From Tolypothrix carrinoi HA7290-LM1 (GTDB taxonomy: Bacteria > Cyanobacteriota > Cyanobacteriia > Cyanobacteriales > Nostocaceae): a stretch of 64,000 bases of DNA. The translations under genes were made by a program, and so were the position numbers. Every line of letters begins with the position of its first letter. Position 1 is the stretch's first letter. The stretch is from the NCBI GenBank assembly GCA_019358935.1, contig JAHHIK010000019.1, positions 1 through 64,000 of the forward strand, in the 5' to 3' direction. The notes under the pieces are model-generated. The model did not search any database. It was not told where the DNA came from and was given only the letters and a program-made list of their open reading frames with translations. Shown in pieces: positions 42,638 to 54,388 of the stretch.

Positions 42638-44056
42638 ATGTCAAGGGTGAATGAAAATTCAAGGTCAAGCGAACAACCACTTGATCAACCTAAGATTTGG
42701 TGGGGTATCGCTGTAGCCCTACCAGTAGTCATCGCTTCCGGGGTACTAGCTACAGCCAGAATAGAGCAGCTAAAAAAACTCAGCAGTTCAGTACCAGTAG
42801 CACCAGTTCCTACTAGTATCAGTGCTGTGGGACGCTTAGAACCGCGAGGAGAAGTAGTTAAACTATCCGCTCCAACCGCAGGAGTGCAAGCTTCTTCACG
42901 AGTTGAGCAAATTTTGGTGAAAGAAGGAGAACGAGTCAGGAAAGGTCAAATAGTGGCGATTTTGGATAACCACGATAGCCAAACAGCAGCAGTGGAAGAA
43001 GCCAAAGCAAAACTGCAAGAATCCCGCGCCAATTTAGCACAAGTCAGAGCCGGTTCACCAAGAGACATTCAAGCTCAAAAAGCGGTAATTGCTCGTTTAC
43101 AGGCTCAGTTAAGAGGTGAAAGTCAAGCTCAACAAGCAACGATCGCTCGCATTGCCGCTCAGTTAAGTGGAGAAAAAATCGCCCAACAAGCAACGGTTAA
43201 TCGTCTGGAAGCCGAACTACAAGGACAACGAGATACTTTAAGAGCCACCGTTTCTCGCGTCCAAGCAGAAGCTAACAATGCCCAAGTCGATGCTCGACGC
43301 TACGAAACATTATACAGAGAAGGTGCGATTTCTCAGCAGGAATGGGACAGAAGACGCTTGAGTGCAGTAACTTCCTCTCAACAAGTTGCAGAAAGCCAAG
43401 CCACTTTAAGACAAGCAAAAGCAACTTTACAACAACAACTTGCCGAAGCTAGGGCAAACCAAATACAAAGTCAAGCAACTTTACAACAGCAGTTGATTGA
43501 AGCCAAAGTCAACCGCGATAAAACTATAGCGACATTGCAAAGGCAAATTGACGAAGAAAGAGCCAAATTCAACAGACTTTTAGAAGTTCGTCCCACCGAT
43601 GCACTGATAGCACAAGCTCAAGTTAGTAATGCGATCGCTAACGTCAGAAAAGCCCAAGCAGACTTGAAATTAAGCTACGTTGCCGCACCCATCCCCGGAG
43701 AAATCATCAAAATTCACACCAAAGCGGGAGAAAACATGAGTGTAAATGGCATCGCTGAGATTGGAAGAACCGATCAAATGATTGCGATCGCCGAAGTTCC
43801 CGAAGACAGCATTGGTAAAGTACGTCTCGGTCAAAAAGCCACCATCGCTAGCGATAACGGCGCTTTTAACGGCGAATTACAAGGAACAGTCGTTGAAGTT
43901 GGCAGAAAAATCGGCAAAAAAGATGTCTTAAATACAGATCCAGCAGCAGATGTAGATGCCAGAGTCGTAGAAGTAAAAATCGCCTTACCTCTAGAAGCCA
44001 GCCAAAAAGTTGGCGGTTTAACTAACGCCAAAGTAGTAGTCGAAATCAACATTTAA
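42638..44056 (+). CDS. DevB-type membrane fusion protein
   Basis: AVGRLEPRGEV, long coiled coil, DVDARVVEVKI. Confidence 0.9.
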   Translation: MSRVNENSRSSEQPLDQPKIWWGIAVALPVVIASGVLATARIEQLKKLSSSVPVAPVPTSISAVGRLEPRGEVVKLSAPTAGVQASSRVEQILVKEGERVRKGQIVAILDNHDSQTAAVEEAKAKLQESRANLAQVRAGSPRDIQAQKAVIARLQAQLRGESQAQQATIARIAAQLSGEKIAQQATVNRLEAELQGQRDTLRATVSRVQAEANNAQVDARRYETLYREGAISQQEWDRRRLSAVTSSQQVAESQATLRQAKATLQQQLAEARANQIQSQATLQQQLIEAKVNRDKTIATLQRQIDEERAKFNRLLEVRPTDALIAQAQVSNAIANVRKAQADLKLSYVAAPIPGEIIKIHTKAGENMSVNGIAEIGRTDQMIAIAEVPEDSIGKVRLGQKATIASDNGAFNGELQGTVVEVGRKIGKKDVLNTDPAADVDARVVEVKIALPLEASQKVGGLTNAKVVVEINI

Positions 44057-44114
44057 CCATCACCTATTACCCATTACCAATTCCCCATTACCAATTCCCC
44101 ATTCCCCCTATAAA

Positions 44115-45269
44115 ATGAGTCCAAAAATACCCTTAGCATGGCTACAATTAACACGCGAAAAAACTCGCCTTATCGTGGCTCTGGCAGGAATTGCCTTTGC
44201 CGACGTTCTCATGTTTATGCAACTTGGTTTCCGGGATGCCCTGTATTACAGTAACGTCCGGATGCATAGCAGTTTGCAAGGTGATATAGTTTTAATTAAC
44301 TCTCAATCTAACGCCGTATTAGCAATGAAAAGCTTTTCACAAAGGCGGTTATATAAAGCTTTAGATTTGCCAGCAGTGCAATCAGTTCATCCTATATATT
44401 TAGACTACGCCAGTTGGAAAAATCCGATAACAGGTCGCCCTAGGAGTATTCTCACCTTAGCTATGAATCCAGAAGTTAATGTATTTAACTTGCCTGGAGT
44501 TCAAGAAAACTTAGATAAACTGAAACTGCCGGATGTAGTTTTATATGACCGTTCATCCCGAACAGAATATGGTCCGGTTGTAGCTAACTTTGAGCAAGGC
44601 AAAAGTGTCACAGCAGAAGTGCGGGGTAGACAAATTAATGTAGCTGGATTATTTACTTTAGGTGCATCATTTGGAGCTGATGGTAATTTAATTACTAGCG
44701 ATGTTAACTTTTTTAGAATATTTAGCCATCGCCAGCGAGGATTGATTGATATAGGCTTAATTAAATTAAAGCCAGGAGCAAATGCTAACTTAGTTGTACA
44801 ACAATTGCGAAGTTATTTACCAAAAGAAATCAATGTATTAACTAAACAAGAATTTATTGACTTTGAAAGAAATTATTGGGCAAGCAGCACAGCGATAGGA
44901 TTTATTTTCACCTTAGGTACAATCATGGGTTTTGTAGTCGGAACCGTGATTGTATATCAAATTCTTTATAGCGAAGTTACAGAACACTTAGCTGAATATG
45001 CGACCTTAAAGGCAATCGGCTATACACAAAATTATCTATTATTTGTCATTCTTCAAGAAGCTTTAATTTTAGCAGTTTTAGGATACATGCCTGGATGGGC
45101 TTTTACGATGTTTTTATATAAACTGGCTAAAGACGCAACACTTTTACCAGTTTTCATGAGTTTAGATCGTGCAATAATGGTGCTAGTTTTAACAATTTTA
45201 ATGTGCTTTATATCCGGTGCGATCGCCGTGCGTAAATTAGAAGCCGCCGATCCAGCAGATATATTTTAA
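44115..45269 (+). CDS. DevC-type ABC exporter permease
   Basis: IPLAWLQL, LMFMQLGF, EYATLKAIGY, ADPADIF. Confidence 0.92.
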   Translation: MSPKIPLAWLQLTREKTRLIVALAGIAFADVLMFMQLGFRDALYYSNVRMHSSLQGDIVLINSQSNAVLAMKSFSQRRLYKALDLPAVQSVHPIYLDYASWKNPITGRPRSILTLAMNPEVNVFNLPGVQENLDKLKLPDVVLYDRSSRTEYGPVVANFEQGKSVTAEVRGRQINVAGLFTLGASFGADGNLITSDVNFFRIFSHRQRGLIDIGLIKLKPGANANLVVQQLRSYLPKEINVLTKQEFIDFERNYWASSTAIGFIFTLGTIMGFVVGTVIVYQILYSEVTEHLAEYATLKAIGYTQNYLLFVILQEALILAVLGYMPGWAFTMFLYKLAKDATLLPVFMSLDRAIMVLVLTILMCFISGAIAVRKLEAADPADIF

Positions 45270-45344
45270 TTTAACCCCTAACCCCCGTACAGACGTTCCA
45301 CTAAAACGTCTCTACCGCTTTTCCTAACCCCTCTTCAAACGAAA

Positions 45345-46058
45345 ATGACAAAAAAACCTGTAATCGACATCAAAAATATCAGCCATTACTACGGTAAAGG
45401 TTCGCTGAAAAGACAAATATTATTTGACATAAATCTAGAGATTTATGCAGGGGAAATTGTAATTATGACCGGACCATCAGGTTCAGGAAAAACAACATTA
45501 CTGAGCCTGATTGGTGGTTTGAGGTCTGTGCAAGAAGGAAGTCTAAAATTTTTAGGTGAAGAACTATCTGGAGCCAGTCAAAGTAAACTGGTAGAAATTA
45601 GACGTAATATTGGTTATATTTTCCAAGCTCACAACTTGTTGGGGTTCTTAAACGCTAGGCAGAATGTGCAAATGGCAGTAGAACTGAACAAAGAGATTTC
45701 TAAGCAACATGCGATTAACAAATCAGAAGCAATGCTTCAAGCTGTAGGTTTAGAAGACAGGATTAATTATTTCCCAGATAATCTTTCTGGTGGACAAAAA
45801 CAAAGAATAGCGATCGCTCGCGCTTTGGTGAACCATCCCCCACTAGTGCTAGCAGACGAACCCACAGCCGCTTTAGACAAACAATCAGGACGCGATGTGG
45901 TAGAAATAATGCAAACCCTTGCCAAAGAGCAGGGAACTTCTATTTTGCTCGTGACCCACGATAACCGCATTTTAGATATTGCCGATCGCATCTTGGAAAT
46001 GGAAGATGGTCATTTAGCCCGTAATTCCCAAAGCACTGTCAAAATAATTCATAACTAA
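45345..46058 (+). CDS. DevA-type ABC ATP-binding protein
   Basis: GPSGSGKT, LSGGQKQR, LADEPT. Confidence 0.92.
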   Translation: MTKKPVIDIKNISHYYGKGSLKRQILFDINLEIYAGEIVIMTGPSGSGKTTLLSLIGGLRSVQEGSLKFLGEELSGASQSKLVEIRRNIGYIFQAHNLLGFLNARQNVQMAVELNKEISKQHAINKSEAMLQAVGLEDRINYFPDNLSGGQKQRIAIARALVNHPPLVLADEPTAALDKQSGRDVVEIMQTLAKEQGTSILLVTHDNRILDIADRILEMEDGHLARNSQSTVKIIHN

Positions 46059-46287
46059 TAATTAATAATTCATAATTACACTATAAGTGGGTGGCAGTTA
46101 CTCTCCACTTATAGTGAAGACCACGCTCATCAAAAATTGAGTGGGAGGTTGTACCCATTTTTTAATTATGAATTATTAATTATGAATTAATAATTATTCG
46201 GTTAATAATTATGAGTCAAAAGTTAAACATCACAACTCGTAACTCATAGCTGGTAGCTCATAACTCATAAATATACACAGTTATTAC

Positions 46288-47112
46288 CTAGAAATGTGAT
46301 TTTTTCGTTCCAGATAGCTTATCGGGTGACGGAGAATTTGCTTGACGACTAGTACGGAAAGTCACATTCACACCTTCATTTGATTGTTCCAGCACCAGCA
46401 AAGGCGTGGGTTTAGCCTTTTGATCCCAATGCATATAAGCAATTCTACCTTGAATCGTCGGTTGCCAAGTATCTTGGTCTTCAGCAGGGCTAAGATAAGT
46501 TTCAATACAATCGATAATTTGGCTGATGCTGGCAGAAGTTGCTTGCGTGGGTAACTTCATTAACCGAATTTGAACGCGAAACAGCACTCGCTTGGCAGGA
46601 ACTCCCTCTATATTAGTCTCGTACTCTACATCAAAAACCTGATCCACCTGCCGTCCAGAACTATTGGCAATCCCAACAATTCCTTGTTGAGCCTGATTTG
46701 GACGTAGTGCTTGAGAAATTTGCTCTTTGACTTTGATTTTTACTTGATTGACGATCGCAAAATGAAACACCTCCTCAGCCATCCGCATTCGCAAATAATC
46801 CAAATTAAAATCCCGTGAGTTAATCAAATCGGGATTAGTCTCCATTTTTCTAATTGTTTCCAGCGCTAGCTTAAACTTTTTCTCTAGTTCTCGCGCCCGA
46901 AATTTTTCAAACTTGATTTTCTTCTCCAGCTTCTTCATCTCAAGTTTGCCATACACAATCAAAGCAATCACCGTCAAAGTTAGTACTCCAGAGGTTACGA
47001 CTAACAACAATTGCGGTATTTGCTGATTGTTTGCTGGTGTCACTGGCACTTGCTGAATTGCCTTACTAATCTTAGACCCTGGCGATTGGGCAACAGATAT
47101 TAAAATAGACAT
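46288..47112 (-). CDS. Hypothetical membrane-anchored protein
   Basis: Likely start MSILISVAQ; one TM plus coiled coil; the longer ORF call runs through repeats. Confidence 0.7.
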   Translation of the reverse strand: MSILISVAQSPGSKISKAIQQVPVTPANNQQIPQLLLVVTSGVLTLTVIALIVYGKLEMKKLEKKIKFEKFRARELEKKFKLALETIRKMETNPDLINSRDFNLDYLRMRMAEEVFHFAIVNQVKIKVKEQISQALRPNQAQQGIVGIANSSGRQVDQVFDVEYETNIEGVPAKRVLFRVQIRLMKLPTQATSASISQIIDCIETYLSPAEDQDTWQPTIQGRIAYMHWDQKAKPTPLLVLEQSNEGVNVTFRTSRQANSPSPDKLSGTKKSHF

Positions 47113-47200
47113 GGTTGCAAACAAAAATACTTGACTCCTGATTTTTAGGATGCCCAAATCCTTGATGTCATCTTGCGGTATTTTTGTTAATTTTTGACTA

Positions 47201-47412
47201 AGGGCATTGGGGATGGGGGGATGGGGAGAGGGGGGAATGGGGAGAGGGGGGAGACAAGGGAGACAAGGGAGACAAGGAAGACAAGGGAGACAAGGAAGAC
47301 GAAAAGACAAACTCCCCCTGCCCCCTGCCCCCTGCCCCCTGCCCCCTGCCCCCTTGTCCCCCTTGTCCCCCTTGTCCCCCACTCCCCCCCTCCCCCCCTC
47401 CCCCATGCCCAT
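47201..47412. repeat. Inverted G-rich/C-rich tandem arrays
   Basis: (GGGAGACAA)n ... (CCCCTGC)n (CCCCTTGTC)n. Confidence 0.85.
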
Positions 47413-48178
47413 TGCCCCAATCAATTCTTTTAGCAACATTCGTCTGATTGCTACAGATATGGATGGCACCCTAACGCAACAAGGTAAATTTACTTCTGCC
47501 TTATTGCAAGCTTTGGAGAATTTAGCGGCAGTTGGAATCAAAGTAGTAATTGTTACTGGACGTTCCGCCGGCTGGGTGAGTGGACTAAGTAGCTTGATGC
47601 CCATCGCTGGTGCGATCGCCGAAAATGGCGGTATATTCTATTCATCTAATAGCCAGACTGTAGCTTTAACGCCGATTCCCGATTTAGTTGCCCATCGCCA
47701 ACATTTAGCCGCAGCTTTTGCCCAATTACAAACACATTTTCCCCAAATCCGAGAATCTGCCGACAATCGCTTTCGCATCACCGACTGGACTTTTGATGTA
47801 GCTTCATTGACTTCAGGTGAACTGCTTTCCTTAAGTAATCTCTGTCAACAACTGAATTGGGGATTCACCTACAGCAACGTCCAGTGTCACATCAAACCCT
47901 TGGGGCAAGATAAAGCTGTAGGATTATTGCAAGTATTGCGAGAATACTTTCCTGGTTATTCACCTCAACAAGTTGTCACCGTTGGCGATAGTCCCAATGA
48001 TGAAAGTTTATTCGACCAACGTTATTTTCCCGTTTCTGTCGGTGTAGCGAATGTGATGGAATATGCCAATCAGTTGCAGCATCAACCTGTTTATATCACC
48101 ACTGCTTCTGAAGGTGCAGGATTTTGTGAATTATCTAATTACTTATTGCAAACCGTGAAAATACGAAATAACACGTAG
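47405..48178 (+). CDS. HAD-IIB family hydrolase
   Basis: TDMDGTLT, VTGRS, ENGG, GDSPND. Confidence 0.9.
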   Translation: MPIAPINSFSNIRLIATDMDGTLTQQGKFTSALLQALENLAAVGIKVVIVTGRSAGWVSGLSSLMPIAGAIAENGGIFYSSNSQTVALTPIPDLVAHRQHLAAAFAQLQTHFPQIRESADNRFRITDWTFDVASLTSGELLSLSNLCQQLNWGFTYSNVQCHIKPLGQDKAVGLLQVLREYFPGYSPQQVVTVGDSPNDESLFDQRYFPVSVGVANVMEYANQLQHQPVYITTASEGAGFCELSNYLLQTVKIRNNT

Positions 48179-48252
48179 CCGTTACTAAAGCGCTAAAGCG
48201 CTCACTACATTCTCAATTCGTCTAAAATAAACTCGTAGCACCGAATACAACC

Positions 48253-48984
48253 ATGACAGCTACTTTACCTGTCGCTCAATCGGAAATTTTCTACCCCAGT
48301 GCTGATGGTGAACCCGTGGCAGAAACTTACGATCACCTTTATGTTTTGCTAACCACCCTGGAAGTATTAAAACAGTATTTAGCAGAAACTCAGGCAACTG
48401 TTTTAGCAAATCAATTTATGTATTACGCTCAGGGATATCCTAAATTGCGGGTTGCCCCAGATGTAATGGTGATTTTTGATGTAACCCCAGGAGGTCGAGA
48501 CAATTATAAAATCTGGGAAGAAGGTCAAGTGCCCAGTGTTATTTTTGAAATGACATCCAGCGGTACTAAAGACCAAGACCAAATCTTTAAAAAGACTCTT
48601 TATGAACAGTTAGGAGTCAAAGAATACTGGCTATTTGACCCGAAACGCGAGTGGCAAGAAGAACAATTACGCGGTTATCGCTTGCGGGGAGAAATTTACG
48701 AGCCAATATCTGATAATCGTAGCGAACCGTTAAAATTGCGCTTACAAGCTGAGGGACGGCTAATTAATTTTTATCGAGAGGATACCGGAGAAAAGCTGCT
48801 GATTCCTGGTGAACTAGCACAAGCGCTACGAGATGAAGTTGTGGCAAGGCAGCAAGCAGAAGCACAAGCAGAAGCTGAACGTCAACGTGCAGAAGCTGAA
48901 CGTCAAAAAGCAGAACAAGCACAAGCGCAGGTAGAACAGTTAAAAGCAAGATTACGATCGCTTGGTATATCCGATACTGAGTAA
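48253..48984 (+). CDS. Uma2 family endonuclease
   Basis: YPSADGEPVAET, APDVMV, YEQLGVKEYWLFDP, AERQRAE tail. Confidence 0.9.
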   Translation: MTATLPVAQSEIFYPSADGEPVAETYDHLYVLLTTLEVLKQYLAETQATVLANQFMYYAQGYPKLRVAPDVMVIFDVTPGGRDNYKIWEEGQVPSVIFEMTSSGTKDQDQIFKKTLYEQLGVKEYWLFDPKREWQEEQLRGYRLRGEIYEPISDNRSEPLKLRLQAEGRLINFYREDTGEKLLIPGELAQALRDEVVARQQAEAQAEAERQRAEAERQKAEQAQAQVEQLKARLRSLGISDTE

Positions 48985-49098
48985 TTTAAATTGCAAATTT
49001 TTCCGAACACTACTCAAATCATATTAAGATGAAATAAAAAAGTTGCACTTGCTCCGCGTTTTCGCTGATGCTATGTAAAAACTAACTATGTAGTTTCT

Positions 49099-51654
49099 AT
49101 GCAGGGCAAGCAATCATCAATCAAGCCGAGGGTAAAGACGCGAAAGTTACGATTTTGGAGTTTTTTATTACTCTTGATTGTCAGTGCGATCGCTATCTTT
49201 CTGTTTTACCCAAGACCGCAACCAGTAGTCAAACGCGAAAGCAATTACTTAATTCATAGACGGCAAGAATTTAATCAGCCTGAATTTTACCCAATCAAGC
49301 CATCCGAAAACTTAAAACTCTATCGACCTGTCGGTGAGTGGGTAGGAAAACTGATTTTACCCAAGAAAGAGCAGATAGACGCAAAATCGGACTGGTCGTG
49401 GTTACTAGTTCAACATGCACCAACTCAAGCGCAAAACCTTATCGGTCAAGTCGTTCGTTTGCAATGGAAAGATAAGCAAAACTCTTACGTAAAAACCACA
49501 AGCAGAGATGTGCGTTTTACTCCTGGCACTATCAAGAGTCAAAATAAGGGAATAGTTCATCCAAACCGTCTCAATGGTCGTCTTGGTGTCGGACCGCTAC
49601 AGTCACTCGCTGGTGCGAAACCGAATGATGATATGATTGTTACCTTAGACCGTGCCGATGTCGTGACGGGCAGTGACGGTAAACCAGTTCTGCAAATTGA
49701 GCAAGAACCAACCCAGGCAACCGGACGCTTTTACGCTTTAGTGAAAATTCTCAAGCCAGAAGTAGCAAGCAGCACCTACCCGGCTCCGAAATTTTGTCCG
49801 GGAACGCGCCCCTGTCCGAGCGAATATTTCCGCGTTCGTCATTACAATCCGGCATCCGGTAACTTTGACGGACCAGAGGGAACAGTCAGGATTCCCCAGC
49901 AAATTTTAGATTCACGGGCATTCTTTTCATCTACTTCGCGCCAAATAGAAGCATCCCCCGCAGGCAAAGAAGGGTGGTATATATACGGTGCAAGAGATGC
50001 TAAAGGTATGTTTGTTACTCAAGCAGTAGCACCGCGATCGCTCTTTAAAATAGAACCAGATCGCGTATTGTTGGGAACATCCGCAGGGCTAAAATACATT
50101 AAAGTAGATAATTGGCGCAATACCGAGCAAAACAAAGGCAAGATTGAAACAGTTTTGCTCGATCCGACAGTAGCCCAACCGCTGCAAGCGCTATCAAACT
50201 GGAAACCAGGAGATAAAGCGATCGTCATGCACCTATTTGGCGGTATTGGCGGCAAACAAGGTGAAATCAGTGGGCTGATGCGTTTAGCCAACACTGTCGC
50301 CGGACACTTTGCCTTTGGAGTAGCTGAAGTAGTTCGCGACCCCTTCACGCAAGAGTTACGCTTTGACATCAAATATCATCAAGTTTACGCTCACAGTCCT
50401 GACGGGATAATATCCGGGACACAGCGCTGGGCAAACTATATGGGTAACTTTCAATGGGGATGGGCTGCAACGCGACCGGTTTCTGATGTTGTCGTCAAGT
50501 TTGAACCTGTGACGCAAGATTATGATTTTGGTGGCATTAAGCTTTCACCCTTGCAGGAATTTACCCGGCAGTTGCAGATTATGATGGCTCGTTATCGAGT
50601 CGGAGATGGAACGGGAAGTGCAACAGTTAGTCCTGCTACTTCTTGCGTTCAAGATGCCAGTCAAGCACTTTACATTACCTTGAAAGTCATCGAACAGCAA
50701 GTTACTTCAAATCCAGCAATCCAGAAGTGGCTTAAGGATCATCCTAGCGATCCGCAAACTTTTCGCTTTGAAAAGCTAGTTTCTCTCGGTTCATCTTTAG
50801 AACGGCAATTGAGTCCTTTGGGGATAGTCCGCGCTGACTGGGAAAGCAATGCATCTGCTTTAAGCGGAATCGGTAACGAAGAAGAGCCAAGGCTATCTCA
50901 AAACCGTAGCATCTGGGCAGCGCTGACAAGTTGGCGGACAATGTTACCCCGACAAGCGCACGATGAACTTGCTAGTATCTTCTTAAGCCAAAATGCGAAA
51001 CTCTGGTTTCTGCGAAGCAACCAAATTGGCGGATGGCAGCAGGATATTATTCCAGAGGAAGCAACGGCAGTACTTGGCAGATTGAAGCTTCCCTTTACCA
51101 ATGTTGCACCGATCCCGATTCTGTTGAATCGTGTATTAGGGTCTTTTGTCATACCCAATCAACAAGATTGGCTGATAGTAGGAGTGACATTATTGATTTA
51201 TAGCGCGATCGCTCTACCCTTGGGCTTCTATTCCGGATTTTTGCGCTTTAATCTTTCCCCTATCAACTTACCTAACCGGTTATTTACAGGATTTCGAGCT
51301 TCGATAATTCCTGCTTTTCTAGAAGAGTTAGTATTTCGCGTTTTGATGCTTCCCCACCCCATAGAACTAGTCAATTGGGTAACGTGGTCATTGTGGGCAG
51401 CATTTTGTTTACTACTGTTTGTCCTTTATCACCCGTTCAATGCCAAAACCTTTTATAAAGCGGGAATTCCCACCTTTTTTCAGCCAGTTTTCCTTGCATT
51501 AACGGCATTGTTGGGTTTAGCCTGTACGATCGCCTATGCATTGACCGGTTGTTTGTGGACAATATTTTGCATCCACTCGATTATATTGCTAGTTTGGCTG
51601 CTAGGATTTGGAGGAATGCAAAAGTTGCGATCGCACCACACACACCCAGCCTGA
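49099..51654 (+). CDS. Large protein with C-terminal CPBP (CAAX/Abi) intramembrane protease domain
   Basis: FLEELVFR, LFVLYHP, C-terminal TM cluster. Confidence 0.85.
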   Translation: MQGKQSSIKPRVKTRKLRFWSFLLLLIVSAIAIFLFYPRPQPVVKRESNYLIHRRQEFNQPEFYPIKPSENLKLYRPVGEWVGKLILPKKEQIDAKSDWSWLLVQHAPTQAQNLIGQVVRLQWKDKQNSYVKTTSRDVRFTPGTIKSQNKGIVHPNRLNGRLGVGPLQSLAGAKPNDDMIVTLDRADVVTGSDGKPVLQIEQEPTQATGRFYALVKILKPEVASSTYPAPKFCPGTRPCPSEYFRVRHYNPASGNFDGPEGTVRIPQQILDSRAFFSSTSRQIEASPAGKEGWYIYGARDAKGMFVTQAVAPRSLFKIEPDRVLLGTSAGLKYIKVDNWRNTEQNKGKIETVLLDPTVAQPLQALSNWKPGDKAIVMHLFGGIGGKQGEISGLMRLANTVAGHFAFGVAEVVRDPFTQELRFDIKYHQVYAHSPDGIISGTQRWANYMGNFQWGWAATRPVSDVVVKFEPVTQDYDFGGIKLSPLQEFTRQLQIMMARYRVGDGTGSATVSPATSCVQDASQALYITLKVIEQQVTSNPAIQKWLKDHPSDPQTFRFEKLVSLGSSLERQLSPLGIVRADWESNASALSGIGNEEEPRLSQNRSIWAALTSWRTMLPRQAHDELASIFLSQNAKLWFLRSNQIGGWQQDIIPEEATAVLGRLKLPFTNVAPIPILLNRVLGSFVIPNQQDWLIVGVTLLIYSAIALPLGFYSGFLRFNLSPINLPNRLFTGFRASIIPAFLEELVFRVLMLPHPIELVNWVTWSLWAAFCLLLFVLYHPFNAKTFYKAGIPTFFQPVFLALTALLGLACTIAYALTGCLWTIFCIHSIILLVWLLGFGGMQKLRSHHTHPA

Positions 51655-52782
51655 ACCGAAGGCTAGTAACCGTGAAGTTCAAACTTTGCACAGCATCTTT
51701 CCTGTAATGATGCTGATTTTTTTTGAAGGTGTTTATTTCAGACTTTCACAAGCGATTTATTGTACTGTTGACGAGGTATTTCAACATAAATAAATCCTCA
51801 ATTAAGTTATGTTTAATGGTAATTTAAACATAACTTAATTCATAATTAACCAAAAATGTAAATTTTTTCATTTTTGTAGCTATAATCACATTTACGCATC
51901 AAAATAATCAATAAATAAAAGCTCTAAATATGCTGTCAGCCATATCTATCTATTTAAATTTAAAAATTGCTTGACACGGATGGCTTTAATCTTTTAGTAT
52001 AACTTTTGATAGATTTTCAGTGTCAAAAATAATATATACTAAAGTTAACAATTCAAGCCAAATTTTTGAGGTAGCAAGTTATTAAGAAGACCACTAGCAG
52101 TACTAGAAACTAATCCTAGTTTAAGGAAGCTAATAAATATCTAGATTTTGTTTAGAACAGCGCTTCAGCTTTTAGTAAACGCTTATGCAGCCAGCATAAT
52201 ACTCATGCTACTAGCCTAGACAAGTTGGTTTATCAGTTTGTATAAGTCAGCAAAGCTTCAAGAGATGACGATACTGTAAAAATGTGAATTCTATATCTGC
52301 ACAGACAAAATTTGACTGAAGCCAGTGCATATACTAACTGGAGTTTTACTATGTCTTCTAGCTTATCAAATAAAACAAATCAATTAGTTACATTCAAAAA
52401 GTATTTGCGTTCTGCCAATCTACAGTTTCTGAGAACATCAAATATTGGCGAATTTCTCCTTCAGCACTCGCAACTCTTCAAACCATGAATAAGTGATATT
52501 TACATAATTTACGCACTTTACAAATAGACCATTATGTGTATGGTAATAAAAGTATGGTTTTGCAATAGTCAGAAGGAAAAACTTTTCATTTCTATCTCAG
52601 GCATTGCATAAGTTGATTTTGGTTGCGGCTATATGAAAAAGAAAGTAAGTAAGTCTTAATCACAGAGAGCAGCTTTTTGCCAATGCGTAAGTTCTAATTT
52701 CTAATCCACAACATTTCTGAAAGTGCGACTGCTATTGTAGCCAAAAAACAAAAATCAACAACATTTATTCGACGATTAAAGT

Positions 52783-53418
52783 ATGAAATATAACAGCATT
52801 GAACAAATCATCAAAAATAATCGGGCTTGGGTTGCACAAAAACAAACCCTAGACAGCACTTACTTTGAAGAAATGGCAACTGGACAAAAACCGCCTTATC
52901 TCTACATTGGCTGTTCAGACAGTCGTCTAGCCCTAACAAGATTTCCCGGCACAGAACCCGGAGAGTTATTTGTCCATCGCAATATTGCCAATCAAGTTTC
53001 TCTCACGGATATGAACTTTTTAGCCATTTTAGAATACGCAGTTGTCCATCTTGAGGTAAAACACATTATTGTTGCTGGACACTACGGTTGTGGTGGAATT
53101 AAGGCGGCTTTAGAAAGCAGAACAATTGGACTTATAGATAATTGGGTGAATCCAATTCGAGAAATATATTTACAAAAACAAGACGAAATTGATGCTTTGC
53201 CAACACAAGAAGAACGCTTGAATCGTTTAGCAGAGTTGAATGTGATGCTGCAAGTTAAAAATGTCTACCAAACTAGCATAATGCGTCAGTCACTCGCACA
53301 GTAAAAAGCGCCTGAGGTTCATGGCTGGGTGGTGGATATACGCACCGGGTTGATCAAAGACCTGCAAGTCTCAACCAAAGAATGGCAACTGCGCTCATTA
53401 TCTCTTGCTGCACTTTGA
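52783..53418 (+). pseudogene. Beta-carbonic anhydrase interrupted by an in-frame TAA at 53302-53304
   Basis: GCSDSR, HRNIAN, GHYGCGG; frame resumes as KAPEVHGWVVDIRTGLIKDL to TGA at 53418. Confidence 0.85.
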
Positions 53419-54388
53419 GGTAGGATGACTAAGGGCTATATAGGAGGCGATCGCCTTCTGGATGCCTTTACCTCAAGCGATGGATAAAAATCTATATCAA
53501 CCGCTGTCTCGTCCACTGTTTGTCTACGTCAACTACCACTCTGCCCAAATCAAACCCAAAGTTAGATTTTGTTCAATTCAATCAAGGTGAGGTTGGGACA
53601 GTGTTTAATGGGGAGGCTCAGTTAAACCTCACCCTGACGCAAGTGTTACGCAAACGAGCAACCTTATTTTAGCTTATAGCGCGATCGCACTTTCAGAGCG
53701 CATCAATGCGATCGCTATACAAAGGAAAGCACATCCGCAAAGCTTTTGGGCGGCAACGTTTTTCCTTGCCGCTCTATGCATGACTATCCGCAGTTTTTTT
53801 CAGTGGGAATTTTCCCAAATTTAAGCAGGCTAGGCGATCCCCATTTTTTATTAGTTAATTGCATCCACTTACTTGCTTAAATTTATCAAAGTATGCTGCG
53901 TTGATATCAGATAAATTATATCATGAAGTTTTGTAATATAGATAACATTTCCCTATGAAGTGGGTAGCCTAAAATGAGTTACTTTCCTGGCTATCTGCGG
54001 CGAAATCTGGCTTTAGTCATAAAAAAACCGCGTTAAGGCAAGAAAAAGTACATCTCAAGATACTGTTTGATTTTAGGTTAATTCATTTACATTGAAATTA
54101 TCAAACCACATACCTAACAGCGGCGCTTAACAGACTAATAATTTAAAAAAATACCAATTTTATAATTTCTTTGTTATTTTGTATTTAACGGGACAGTTCT
54201 AAGTCTGGAGGGTGAGTTTAAATATCAATTGATTACACAATTTGATTATCATATCATTCGTGTAAATCAATTCATTCTCTCTTGCCATAATTGTATTTAA
54301 AACACAATTCAAATGGCGAAAATAGCTAGCGTAGTAATACGCAACCATTGGCAAAATCATTAAAACCAGGAAAATCTTAGTTAAGAAT

